From NCBI GenBank assembly GCA_963849325.1, contig CAWKHF010000005.1, positions 800,001 through 864,000 on the forward strand: 64,000 nt of DNA, given 5' to 3'. Numbering within the stretch: position 1 is the first letter of the stretch; every line of letters starts with the position of its first letter. Positions 42,526 through 57,153 of this stretch are shown piece by piece. The DNA comes from an uncultured Planctomycetota bacterium. Its GTDB lineage: Bacteria; Planctomycetota; Planctomycetia; Gemmatales; Gemmataceae. The notes beneath the pieces were generated by a model, which saw only the letters and a list, made by a program, of their open reading frames with translations, was not told the origin of the DNA and did not search any database. Both the position numbers and the translations under genes were made by a program.

Positions 42526-43394
42526 CTACCTCGGCAACAGATCATGCTTCCTCGCCTTCTCGACGAGATAGTTGACGAACCCCGAGCAGGACACCAGCAT
42601 GAACATGGCGTCCTCGGCCTCTGGCTCCTCATCGTCCTTGAGGGCGTGACGGATGCCGTGCGTATCGCTCGTGTAGCCGTACAACGCCTTGAACGCCTCT
42701 TGCAGCTTCGGATGGAGGTTCGTCCGTGCCTTCACCGCGTCAAGGGCCGGTCCCAGAGTTGCCCTTTCGTTCTGAGCGATGATCTTGCAAATGGCCTCAA
42801 CCGCCGAGATCGACTCTTTCATGGAGTTTCGGTAATCTGGCTTCTTCCTGTCGGCGAGCAGCTTGAGCGCTGTGCCGATGTGTTGGCTCACGGGCGCATC
42901 AGGCTCGTGTCCAGAGAAGCTGCCTTCTCGATGGCCTTGATCTCAGCCTCGCTGGTGATCGGAGTGAGCGTGCCGTTGACGAAGCGGTACGCCGAAAACT
43001 CCCGTTCCAGAACACGGTTGCAGGCGCTTTGGAACGTCACAGCCCACGCTCGGAGATCATCCCCGAGTTCTGCAACGAACTGCACGAAGTCGTAGATCCT
43101 GTTCCAAGGAACCTTCTCATTGAAATACCACTCCCTCACGGTCCTGAAGGCAAAACTCGGATCGTCGTAAAGCGAATCCAGCGGCCATTTGAAGAAGTGA
43201 ACCCACAAATTGACAAGTAGCGTCCCTGAGTGCCCGTCTCGACTCCGGGGTGATAGCCCCCATCCTCGTTTGATCGGCGATAAGATCAGTAGCTCGAAGA
43301 CGTTCCAGAGGCTATTTCGCAAATCCCAGTCCATCGAGTTCTTCTGCAACGCTTTCGTGGCCGGTTCCAGACCGATCCGCTGCGAGAAGTTCAT
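42526..43394 (-). CDS. AbiJ-NTD4-type protein with HEPN-like C-terminal domain (one indel near 42891)
   Basis: FSQRIG..DLRNSLWN, WNRIYDFVQF, NRVLERE..YRF; C-terminal DYRNSMKESISAVE..LYGYTSDTHGIRHA. Confidence 0.75.
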
Positions 43395-43555
43395 ACGGCA
43401 TCTCCGTTGAACATAGGAACACTATCGCCATTATCCTTTCGGACACGGCAGGTGCAAGGTCGGTTCACGAACTTCTGTGGCTTCGATTCGTTTGTGGGAT
43501 CAGGATTTACGGCTTGGGAGACGAAAGCGGCTGGCTGGTGGTTGCCAGCGTCTGT

Positions 43556-43909
43556 TCAGCGCTGATTCGGATCGTTGATCGACTGCTGGAGTTGCTTCTT
43601 CAACCCTGCCACGGTGAAGTTCAAGTACGTCCCTTGCGTCTGCTCGGGATCAACGACGATCTCCGTAACGGATGGCGGGAGGGCCTTGAGGTAGAGATAA
43701 AGCTCGTGGTCCCAGTTGAACTTGATACACGGTCCTGCGAACTTCTGGGTAGCCACTTGTGCCGCCCTGAACTTATTCACCTTGTCTTCGCTCGTGAAAA
43801 GGGGCATCGCCACTGCCCCGGTGTTCAGATTCAAGACGACTCCGCCGTTGCAGGCGTTGTTCATGAGGGCGTAGCATGGGAACGGGATGGCCTGCTGAGG
43901 CGCGGACAT
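43556..43909 (-). CDS. Hypothetical protein (SseB-like motifs)
   Basis: AAGGAG RBS; MPLFTSEDK and IVVDP motifs. Confidence 0.55.
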   Translation of the reverse strand: MSAPQQAIPFPCYALMNNACNGGVVLNLNTGAVAMPLFTSEDKVNKFRAAQVATQKFAGPCIKFNWDHELYLYLKALPPSVTEIVVDPEQTQGTYLNFTVAGLKKQLQQSINDPNQR

Positions 43910-44003
43910 CGAGGACTCCTTTGCGGCTCGAACAAAAGTAGTTTCGGATCAACAACGGATTTTACCACAAGCTCGGCTTCGGCCCAAGCGCGGTAGCGCA
44001 ACG

Positions 44004-44038
44004 AAAAGGCCCGCCGAGGTCGAAGGCTCGGCGGGCCT
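44004..44038 (-). terminator. Rho-independent terminator
   Basis: 12-bp stem AGGCCCGCCGAG/CTCGGCGGGCCT with a T run on the minus strand. Confidence 0.7.
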
Positions 44039-44061
44039 CTAGCTTTCAGATTGTAGGTCTG

Positions 44062-44346
44062 TCAGGAGACCAGAGCGAGCCGCTTCCGTCGCCGTGTCTC
44101 GGCGGCTCGTTTGGCCCTGTCCCTGCGTGCCTTCGCCTCCTGATGACGGATGTAGTGCTCGCAGATCCCGATCAGGTTCCGTACCGCGTGCAGATTCTCG
44201 AACTCGATCTCCACATGGTTGCCGTCGAGGTCGGAGATCTCGACGGAACGGGCCTGCCACTTATCAGCCAACTCGCCGCCGTAGTCGGCGGTACGCAATA
44301 CCATCTTCTGCCGTCTGGGCTTGCGGATCTTGAGAATCTTCGTCAT
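44062..44346 (-). CDS. Hypothetical protein
   Basis: AAGGA RBS, terminator downstream, basic tail RAKRAAETRRRKR. Confidence 0.65.
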   Translation of the reverse strand: MTKILKIRKPRRQKMVLRTADYGGELADKWQARSVEISDLDGNHVEIEFENLHAVRNLIGICEHYIRHQEAKARRDRAKRAAETRRRKRLALVS

Positions 44347-44630
44347 GGGTTCGGTCCTTTATGTTGTCGGCAGGGGCGTCTGCCGTCTGTAGAGGTTCAG
44401 CGGGCGACATTGCATTTCACGGCTGAGGTCAAGCCCGACGCAAAGCCATCGTCCCTTCCTGCAACCGTTGTCGCGCCACAGGGGCTCACTTCGGCGACCG
44501 CTCCACGCCCAGTCACTTCGCCCCTCCCAAAGCACAGGCCATCGGGATACTGTTCAAGCCGAGGAACGGATCGACGACCGTAGGATCGGCCAGCGTAGAT
44601 GCCTTGACCAGCTTGCTTCCTCTCCGACGC

Positions 44631-44927
44631 TCACATGTCGCTGATGAAAACCTCGCAGCCCATCAGTCGCTCGATTTTGGTAAAGAGCGCATAGAGAAAT
44701 GAGCAGGCGTTCGTCGTGCCGTCCGCGCAGACCCGGAGGACATCCAGCGGCAGGCCATCGTCGAGGCGGCAGGCGACGGGCCGACCGGCGACGGCGACCC
44801 CGACCAACTTGCCCTCGTCGTCGGCAGCGTCCACGGCGAACTTGCCGCCGACCGTGGGCAGCGAGTGCCGGTGGTGTTGGGCCACGAAGTCGTTGGCGTC
44901 TCGGAGATGACGCGGGACTGCACGCAC
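44631..44927 (-). pseudogene. XF1762-like protein fragment
   Basis: ANDFVAQHHRH..GGKFAV..LVGVAVAGRPVA.RLDDG..NACSFLY; appears C-terminally truncated. Confidence 0.65.
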
Positions 44928-44995
44928 ACCGTATGTAGACAGCCGCGTGTGCTATTTAGTGACCGTTTCAACCAGCCAAGTGTCCAATCCGAAAA

Positions 44996-45015
44996 CCTGA
45001 CACAATTCTGACACG
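44996..45015 (+). promoter_or_regulatory. Putative integrase arm-type sites (right)
   Basis: CCTGACACA-A-TTCTGACACG, the same tandem as 15001-15021. Confidence 0.65.
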
Positions 45016-45143
45016 ACATGGGCCACCCAAATGCCCTGCTGTTGCCCTCTTGTTCCGGCGAGTTCTCGCCACAAAAGGTTAGTGGTTTAACGCTTACAGC
45101 ACAAATGCCCTCCAGTCGCCCGCTGGCCTTGAGAGGTTGGGGT

Positions 45144-45167
45144 TAGGTTCGAATCCTAAATCCCCAG
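45144..45167 (+). repeat. attR: duplicated 3' end of tRNA-Gln
   Basis: TAGGTTCGAATCCTAAATCCCCAG, 23/24 identical to 14916-14939. Confidence 0.9.
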
Positions 45168-45173
45168 ATAACG

Positions 45174-45214
45174 AGACCCCTCGCCAGATAAGCATGTGCG
45201 AGGGGTCTTCTATT
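45174..45214 (+). terminator. Hairpin after attR, probably the displaced original tRNA terminator
   Basis: AGACCCCTCGC / GCGAGGGGTCT stem followed by TCTATTT. Confidence 0.6.
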
Positions 45215-45369
45215 TGCCTATCCGTTGATGCGAGCAAAATCCACACTCTCCCACACTTGCGGAGAGGAGAGCGTCCGCGAAGTTTCGCATCGATTCCAAG
45301 CCGCCGAGGCGGTCGGCTCATAAGAAATCTCCCGGACTTCCTCTTCGGGGCACGGGAGCTTTCCGGCTC

Positions 45370-47316
45370 ATGAGCGAGCGCGCGCAGACCGGTCCTTTGA
45401 ATCCTCTGCACTGGTTCCCCGAGTTCTGGCAACTCGGCCGGCGCCGAACTGCGTCCACAGGCGCGTTTGCTGGGACTCTCTCTATGCGTGGGCGTCATCG
45501 CGGGATTGGGCGCCGTGGTGTTCTACCTGGCCACGCGGCTGGTCTTCCATTACGCCCTCGACGTCCTGGTCGGCTACCACGCCGGTGGTCCCGCCAACGA
45601 ACCGCCGCTGTTCCCGGAAACCACCGAGCCTTTGCGCTGGTGGCTGCTGCTGATCGTGCCGGCGATGGGCGGCCTGGTCAGCGGGTTTCTCGTCTACACG
45701 TTCGCTCCGGAGGCAGAGGGGCACGGCACGGATTCGGCCATCGCGGCGTATCACTTCAAGGGCGGACAGATTCGGCCGCGCGTACCGCTGGTGAAGATCC
45801 TCGCCAGTGCGGTGACGCTGGGCACGGGCGGCTCCGGCGGCCGCGAAGGACCGATTGCGCAGATCGGCGCCGGCTTCGGTTCGTGGCTGGGCGGACTGCT
45901 GCGCTTGCGGCCGGCCGAGCGACGCTTGCTCATGGCCGCCGGCATGGGCGCCGGCATCGCCGCCATCTTCCGCGCCCCGCTGGCCGGCGCCCTCTTCGCC
46001 GCCGAGGTGCTGTACCGCTCGCCCGACTTCGAGTCGGAAGTCGTCATCCCCGCGGCGCTGGCCTGCATCACCGCCTACTGCACGTTCGGCCTGATCTTCG
46101 GCCACTGGACCGCGCCTGGGCTGGAGTTCGCTCTTCGACCTGCCCCCCGCTCTGGCAGGCTCGATCACTTTCACCAATCCGCTCCACTTGCTCCCCTACC
46201 TGGTGCTGGCCCTGTTCATGGTCGTGCTGGCCATGCTGTACACGCGCAGCTTCTACGGCCTGACGGAGTTGTTCCGGCGCATCCCCATCCGCCCGCACTT
46301 CAAGCCAGCTATCGGCGCGTTTCTGTCCGCGGTCGTGGCCCTGGTCCTCTATTTCGTCCTGGGAAAAGTGCGGGTCTTCAGCGGTGCTGTCCTTCGGCTA
46401 CGGCATCCTGCAAGACAGCTCTGACACGCTGCCCGGCGGAGTCCGAGGACCTGTCGTCTGGCCGTGCTGTTGTTGGCCGTGGCGGTGGGCAAGATCGTGA
46501 CGACGGGGTTGACGATCGGCAGCGGCGGCTCCGGCGGCGTGTTCGGTCCCTCGATGGTGATTGGCGGCTGCGGCGGCGGCGCGCTGGGCATCCTTCTCAA
46601 CCGCGTCTTCCCACCCGGCCTACATGCCGCCGCCGACCAGCTTCATCATCGTCGGCATGGCTGGCTTCTTCGCCGCCGCCGCCAAGACGCCGCTCTCCAC
46701 CCTCGTCATGGTCAGCGAGTTGACCGGCAATTATAATCTGCTATTGCCGAGTTTGTGGGTCTGCACTATCGCCTTTTTGTTGTCCGACGAGCAATCCATC
46801 TACAGCTCGCAGGTGCAGAGCCGTTCGCGCTCGCCGGCCCACCAGGGCGCCTATGTCCGCGAAGTGTTGACCGGCCTGTACGTTCGCTCTTTCATCACGC
46901 CCTTGCGCGACGTACCGTTTCTCCATCCCGGCGATCGCGTCGCCGAGGTGATCGAGCGGTTGAGCAGTAGCCCGTTCCAGGCGGTGCCGGTGATCGATTC
47001 GGACGAACACCTTCTCGGCGTCGCCACCGTGGAGGAGGTGCTTCTGGCATCGCAGTCGCCGCACCTGCGCTCGCTGCTGGTGGCGATGGACCTGATGCGC
47101 GAGGTCATGCCCTTGTGCCCCGACGATCCGCTCGATCAAGCGATGGAGCTGTTCGTCGAAAGCGACCTGCTGGCCCTGCCGGTGGTCGATGGCCTGGGCA
47201 GCAAGCGCGTCCTGGGCATCGTCAAGCGGGCCGACCTGTCCGGGACGTACCTGCGGCAGCTCCAGGGCACGCAGCCGCCCACCATGCCGCCGATGACCGA
47301 CGCCGTGCCGCGGTAG
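45370..47316 (+). CDS. ClC chloride channel protein with CBS domains (several indels)
   Basis: PEAEGHG, GSGGREGP, FRAPLAG, GSGGVFGPS motifs; C-terminal CBS pair. Confidence 0.9.
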
Positions 47317-47341
47317 CGGCCGCGGGGGAAATGCACTTTGA

Positions 47342-47425
47342 ACCACGGATAACACGGATAAAACGGATAAAGAAAATACAGAACGCTTCTTTGGTTTTAT
47401 CCGTTTTATCCGTGTTATCCGTGGT
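47342..47425. repeat. ACGGAT-type palindromic repeat between convergent genes
   Basis: 30-bp perfect arms ACCACGGATAACACGGATAAAACGGATAAA and its reverse complement, each made of three 9-bp units. Confidence 0.85.
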
Positions 47426-47449
47426 CAAAATGGCATTGGGTTCGTGCCT

Positions 47450-48284
47450 CTAAGGGAACTGGAGGGGACTGGTGTTCTGCCAGTTCCAGATGGACGAGTT
47501 GGCCGTCAGCCACGGGTTAGCGATCGATTGCACGTGACCGTCCGCAAACAGCACCCCGTTGACGCCCGCATGCGGCGAACTGAAGAATTGGTCCATCTGA
47601 CCTGGCGGAACTTGACTGTCCTGCACGCTCTGGGCGGAAGTCGGTTGAGCGCAATCGTACCAAGACGTGGGGCCGATGGGATAGTCCTGAGGATTGCAGC
47701 CAAGGTGAGCCACCATTGCCGTGTTGGAGGCACCGTTGGCGTTGGTAATGGCCCCCAAGGAAACCCCCACAGGCGCACCCGTAGAGGACGGCGTTACTTT
47801 GCTGCATGTAGTTGTAATCGGTCAACCCATTGCCGCGAATGCCGCGACTGGGGCAGAGGAAGAATTTGAGCAGGATGTTGCCGTTATTGACAGGGACGAG
47901 TGAGCCTGTACCGCCGGCGCCACCCGTTGGGTCGCTCCCACCACCTCCTTGCCCGTTAACCACTGCCTGCACCGCGTTCTGTTGTTCCCAGAAGGGGAGC
48001 GATTGAAGCATCCAGCAGGTATTTGGATATGGATACGGAGGAGCGGTCGCGGCATTGTCGCTCGGAAAGAACCCGAAAACGCCGTGGAAGTTCTGACAGG
48101 CGACCCCCATCTGTTTGAGGTTGTTCTGGCAACTTATACGGCTGGCTGCCTCCCGCACTTTTTGGACAGCGGGAAGCAGCAGACCAATCAGGGTGGCGAT
48201 AATGGCGATCACCACCAGCAGTTCGATCAGCGTGAAGGCGACGCGGGGGCGTTGCTCCGCCGCGCAAGAGACGCATCGAACCAT
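47450..48284 (-). CDS. DUF1559 prepilin-type protein (indel near 47780)
   Basis: [26 protein letters not shown], then GASNT and [16 protein letters not shown] in the shifted frame. Confidence 0.9.
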
Positions 48285-48362
48285 GATTCCGTCCTCCTTT
48301 GCCGGCTCGACCGCGGGGCGGCTGGCTATTCCCCGCTTTTCACCGCACCAAAAAGCTTATCG

Positions 48363-48400
48363 TAGTTTAGACTAATCGATTAATTAGCCTAAACTAATTA
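48363..48400. promoter_or_regulatory. AT-rich palindromic operator (DtxR/MntR-like)
   Basis: TAATTAG-N6-CTAATTA at 48381-48400, nested with inverted TAGTTTAGACTAAT / ATTAGCCTAAACTA. Confidence 0.55.
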
Positions 48401-48516
48401 GCTATTTAGTCATCACGAATGGTTTGGCAAGGGAGGAGCGACTTTTTTCACGAAGATGAAGCAGCCGGTTACTGGACTTTCTCTTTGGAAAGCAACGGTG
48501 TCGCTACAATGCCTTC

Positions 48517-49515
48517 ATGGATAGTCTGACGTTTCTCCACGGCGCGGCGAAAGCGAAGCCCAGGCCGATTTACGTCCTCCACGGCGACGAGCACTTCCTC
48601 AAGCGCCGCGTGCTGGCGGCGTTGAAAACGCTGGTGCTCGGTCCCGAGGACGGCGGCTTCGCCCTGTCCAGCCGCGATGGCGACAAGGCCATCTGGGCTG
48701 AGGTCCACGACGAGCTGGAGACGTTGCCGTTCCTCAGTCCGCGCCGCCTCGTCGTCGTCGATCGCGCCGAGCCGTTCGTCACGCGCGAACGCGCCCGGCT
48801 GGAGAAGTACTTCGCGGAGCCGTCGAAGACCGGCGTGCTGGTGCTCGACGTGCAGTCCTGGCCGGCCAACACGCGGCTGGCCAAACTGCTGCCGGACACC
48901 GCCGCCATCGTCTGCAAGGCGCCGGCGTCGGCGAAGCTGCCGGAGTGGTGCGTCGCCTGGTGCGCCGACCGGCACGGCAAACCGCTGTCGGTGCCCGCCG
49001 CCCGTCTGCTGGTCGATCTGGTCGGCTCGGACATGGGGCTGCTCGATCAGGAGATGGCCAAGCTGGCGATCTTCGTCGGCGGCAACAGCCGCATCGACAC
49101 CGCCGACGTCGATCAGCTCGTCGGCCAGAGTCGGGCGGAGAACACCTGGAAGATTTTCGACCTGATCGGCGCCGGTCAGAACGGCGAAGCGCTGACGCTG
49201 CTGGACCGCCTGCTCGACCAGGGCGAGGAGCCGCTGCGTTTGCTGGGCGCCTTCAGCATGCAGTTGCGCCGTTTGGCCCAGGCCGCTCGCCTGCACGGCC
49301 AGGGCGAATCGGTGCCCGAGGCGTTGGAGCACGCCGGCGTGCCGCCGTTCGGCCGCCGCGGCGCCGAGCAGCAACTGCGCCACCTCGGCCGACGCCGGCT
49401 CGATCAGGTGTACGACTGGCTGCTGGAGACCGACCTCGGCATGAAAGGCTCCAGCCAACTGCCGCCGCGCACCTTGCTGGAGCGCCTGGTCGTGCAACTG
49501 GCGCGCAAAAGATAA
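48517..49515 (+). CDS. holA: DNA polymerase III subunit delta
   Basis: PIYVLHGDEHFL, ETLPFLSPRRLVVV, LDQEMAKL, TDLGMKG; typical length. Confidence 0.9.
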   Translation: MDSLTFLHGAAKAKPRPIYVLHGDEHFLKRRVLAALKTLVLGPEDGGFALSSRDGDKAIWAEVHDELETLPFLSPRRLVVVDRAEPFVTRERARLEKYFAEPSKTGVLVLDVQSWPANTRLAKLLPDTAAIVCKAPASAKLPEWCVAWCADRHGKPLSVPAARLLVDLVGSDMGLLDQEMAKLAIFVGGNSRIDTADVDQLVGQSRAENTWKIFDLIGAGQNGEALTLLDRLLDQGEEPLRLLGAFSMQLRRLAQAARLHGQGESVPEALEHAGVPPFGRRGAEQQLRHLGRRRLDQVYDWLLETDLGMKGSSQLPPRTLLERLVVQLARKR

Positions 49516-49524
49516 AAGGTGAAA

Positions 49525-50547
49525 ATGTCGTCCTCGCTACCCCGTTTGCTGATTACGCTGGGCGACGTTGCCGGCATTGGGCCGGAGATCGTCGCGCGGG
49601 CCTGGCCGGACCTGCTGCCGTTGTGTCGGCCGGTCCTCGTCGGCGATCCGCTGTGGGTGCGGCGCGGCCTGGAGCTGATCGGCTCGCCGGCCTGCGTCCA
49701 CGTCGTCTCTCATCCCGGCGAGGCCGAGGCCCGAGCCGACGTGATGCCGTGCCTGTGCGGCAGCGAGCAGGACCTGAGCAGCGTCGAGCCAGGCCGCGTC
49801 AGCGCGGCGGCCGGGCGAGCGGCCTACGATTTTCTGTGTCGGGCCATCGATGCGACGATGGCCGGCGAGGCCGACGGCATCGTGACGGCGCCGCTGCACA
49901 AGGAGGGACTGCACGCCGCCGGCCTGCCATACCCCGGCCATACCGAGATCCTGGCCGAACGCACCGGCGTCCGCGAGTTCGCCATGGTCCTGGCGGTGGG
50001 CAACCTCGCCGTGGCCCACGTCACCTTGCACATGGCCCTGCGCGACGTGTTCCGCCATCTGAGGCCGGAGTCCGTGCTGGAGAAGGCCCATCTCCTCGAT
50101 CGGTTGCTGAGGCGCATGCTGGGCCGTCGGCCGCGCCTGGGCGTGGCCGCCCTGAACCCGCACGCCAGCGACGGCGGCCTGTTCGGCGATGAGGAAGCCA
50201 CGATCATCGCTCCGGCCGTGCAGGCCGCCCGCGAGCAGGGATTGGACGCCAGCGGTCCCTGGCCGTGCGACACGCTGTTCGTGCGCGCCCGCCACGGCGA
50301 GTTCGACGGTATCGTGGCGATGTATCACGATCAGGGTCACATCGCGCTGAAGCTGCTCGGCGAAGGGCGGGCGGTCAACATCAGCGCCGGTCTGCCCATC
50401 GTGCGCACCAGCGTGGCCCACGGCACGGCCTATGACATCGCCGGTCGCGGCGTCGCCGACGCCGCCAGTCTCATCGAGGCGACGCGCGTCGCCGCCTTGC
50501 TGGCGCGATCCGAGCCGCGAGCGTCAGCGAGCGGACCCGCTCGCTGA
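49525..50547 (+). CDS. pdxA: 4-hydroxythreonine-4-phosphate dehydrogenase
   Basis: GDVAGIGPE, VTAPLHK, PGHTE, LNPHASD, AMYHDQG, RTSVAHGTAYDIAG. Confidence 0.95.
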   Translation: MSSSLPRLLITLGDVAGIGPEIVARAWPDLLPLCRPVLVGDPLWVRRGLELIGSPACVHVVSHPGEAEARADVMPCLCGSEQDLSSVEPGRVSAAAGRAAYDFLCRAIDATMAGEADGIVTAPLHKEGLHAAGLPYPGHTEILAERTGVREFAMVLAVGNLAVAHVTLHMALRDVFRHLRPESVLEKAHLLDRLLRRMLGRRPRLGVAALNPHASDGGLFGDEEATIIAPAVQAAREQGLDASGPWPCDTLFVRARHGEFDGIVAMYHDQGHIALKLLGEGRAVNISAGLPIVRTSVAHGTAYDIAGRGVADAASLIEATRVAALLARSEPRASASGPAR

Positions 50548-50564
50548 CGCTCGCGGCTCGGATC
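50507..50564. repeat. REP-like palindrome overlapping the pdxA 3' end
   Basis: 28-bp arms GATCCGAGCCGCGAGCGTCAGCGAGCGG / CCGCTCGCTGACGCTCGCGGCTCGGATC; the pdxA TGA lies in the right arm. Confidence 0.9.
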
Positions 50565-50572
50565 GGCTCGGC

Positions 50573-52251
50573 TTATTTCCGCGGCTGCTTCGGCTCCGGC
50601 GGCGGCATGCGCACGGTCAGATCGTCCCCGCGCGGCTCATCGTCAAAGCTGCGCCCCTCTTCGTCGATTCCGTTGACGCCGACGCTGTACAGCAAATAGC
50701 CGTTCGGCTGCGGACGATAGGTGAGTGCCCTGCCGGCGAAGATGTCTGCAGGGACCTTGGGCAGATACTTCGGCGCCAGCGCCGCCAGCTTCTCCGGATA
50801 GCGGCCGTGGTCGCGGCGGTAGGCGGCCAGGGCGAAGGCGAGGTGCAGGTTGTCTTGCACCTGCCCGGCGCGGTCGGCTGCGTACTGCACCTTGCGAACC
50901 GCCGGGACCAGCAGGGAAATCATGAGGTTGCCGACGGTCTCGCCCAGGGCTTTGCCGGTGTCCTTCGCCAGCAGGATCTTCAGCGGGTTCTGCACCATCT
51001 CGGCGGTACTCTTCTTGAGCGCCTTCAATTCCTCGTCGATCTCCTCCAGTCGCTCCGCGCGTGTGGCCCGATCTGCGATACGCATGGCCTTGACCATGCG
51101 GTCGTAGCAGCGGTTGCCGTTGCGCAAGGCCGGGTCCCAGTCGATGGCCGACAGCAGAAGCTTGGAGAGCGCGTCCGGGATACGCGGCGACGTACCGAAA
51201 CCGAGACCTTCGAGATACTTGGTCCCTCCCCGATCAACCATCATAACGATGTCAAGAAACATGAAGCGCTCGCAGAGATCCACCTTGTCGGCCATGCGGG
51301 GCAAGGGCGGCAGCTTGCGGAGATCGTCCAGGCAAGCCATGATCCGCCGCGAGTCCAAGCCGGCGCTGTCGAGGAAGACCAGATCGGCCCGGCTGGCGAT
51401 GGCATCAATGGCGATGCCGACCAAGGCCTCGATGAGCGTGCCGCCGCGGCCAACGAGCCGGCCCAGCCGATGGCAGGCGATCAGGTCGCGCCAGGCGTCG
51501 TCGAAGCGTCCCTCGCCGATGCGCAGCATGCGCGCGCAGTCAGGGCCGTGGCCAGTTCGCGGCATTTCTGCACCGAGGGCAACAGGCAGCTAACCAACCC
51601 GGCCGAACCTTTGTCCGTTCTTGTCGGCACCAGCGGCAAATAATAGTGCGAGCGCTGGACCGCCTCGATGACGACCGTCAGCGGCTTGTCGTTGGCCTTC
51701 AGCCAGTCGGCGATGTGGGGATAGCGCACCGCTTTCCACGGCCGCCGTAGGCTGCGCTCCAATTCGTCGAACACGGTCTCGCCCCCAGCGGGCGGACCCG
51801 ACTTGATCTGTTCCTTCAGGTAGTCGCCCATGCGGAGGAAATAATCGCCGCGCGGCGGCGGTTCGTCGATGCCCAACCATTGATAAAACTCGGCGGACAT
51901 CCGCGCTCCCTCGGGGCGCGGCCCGAGGGCTTTCCAGAGGAGGACATTGGCGTTGTTGGCCGGCGTCACGCCCTGCCTCAGTCGTTCGTTGAGCGCGGCC
52001 GCGTAGTCGATGTAGCCGTCCGCGTCGCGGGGTCCGGGGACGTAGGTCGTCTCCTTGCCGATGGTGAACTTCGGCCGACGTTTTTTCGCGGCGGCACCGC
52101 CCATTTTGTCCTGGCCCTTGGCCGGCGCGGTTTTCGGGCCGGCGCTGTTGGACTGCGCGGCAGGGACGGCGTTGCGTCCGGCGGGCGGATCGCTCCAACC
52201 GACGGCAACAAGAGGTCCTAACAAGAGCAATAAAGTACCGATTGTTCTCAT
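50573..52251 (-). CDS. Secreted hypothetical protein (indel near 51535)
   Basis: Signal peptide; ETTY..P..DGYIDY..ALN; C-terminal ALAAYRRDHGRYPEKL..LLYSVGVNGIDE. Confidence 0.75.
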
Positions 52252-52287
52252 GGACACATTTCCTGATGGACACAAGAAACGGATAAC

Positions 52288-52382
52288 AGGCACGAACCAG
52301 AGGGCGAGCGGGGTCGCGTCGACGCCGAGTGCGGACTTCTCGGGGCACGGATGCGACCTTGCTCGCCCTCTGGTTCGTGCCT
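52288..52382. repeat. Long REP-like palindrome
   Basis: AGGCACGAACCAGAGGGCGAGC... / ...GCTCGCCCTCTGGTTCGTGCCT arms. Confidence 0.8.
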
Positions 52383-52451
52383 CTTACACTTCCGCCCCGG
52401 ACAAACACGGTTTGTCCGCTCGTCCGAAATCGCCTTCGACGCGGGTGTCAG

Positions 52452-56807
<4,356 letters not shown>

Positions 56808-56916
56808 GCTGCGATTCCTCAGGGGGGGTAAGGTCCAGGCAGTCTTTGCCGGCGCGGCAACACCATCAGGACGAAGGAGCCGTAGGTACTTCTTTCCGTT
56901 CGCTGATGTGTTTTTG

Positions 56917-56945
56917 TTTGTAATGGACGGAAAGGGGTGTGTCAA
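56917..56945 (-). promoter_or_regulatory. Sigma70-like promoter of protease 1
   Basis: TTGACA-17-TACAAA; the same arrangement is conserved upstream of the paralogue. Confidence 0.55.
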
Positions 56946-57043
56946 GCAAAAACGGCTTGAAAACCAATGGCTGAGCTGATGTCAAGCCATTGTCACTGGA
57001 GACTGGAACTCAGCAAGTCTCGACGATTCCCCATCGAGATCCC

Positions 57044-57103
57044 TCCGAGCCTGAAGCGTAAGCGAAAAGTAGGGTCTTCCTTCGCTTACGCTTCAGGCTC
57101 GGA
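57044..57103. repeat. REP-like palindrome
   Basis: 23-bp arms TCCGAGCCTGAAGCGTAAGCGAA / TTCGCTTACGCTTCAGGCTCGGA. Confidence 0.85.
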
Positions 57104-57153
57104 TAAACGCCGTTTGTCCGCTCGCTCGAAGTCGCCTTCGGCGTGGGCGCCGT

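Larger units (their letters stand above)
14916..45167. mobile_element. ~30.3 kb tRNA-Gln-integrated genomic island (integrative element)
   Basis: 24-bp direct repeat TAGGTTCGAATCCTA(G/A)ATCCCCAG at 14916-14939 and 45144-45167; adjacent integrase; accessory cargo; host REP palindromes not seen inside. Confidence 0.9.

Noticed and set aside
42526-43394. Two separate genes coupled by a GTGA overlap at 42888-42891
   Set aside because: One added base joins them into a single ~289-aa AbiJ-NTD4-type protein, matching the indel pattern of the window.
45138-45167. attR region as an independent tRNA or minihelix RNA
   Set aside because: It can fold (TGGGG-TTAGG...CCTAA-AT-CCCCA) but lacks D and anticodon arms; an att duplication explains it.
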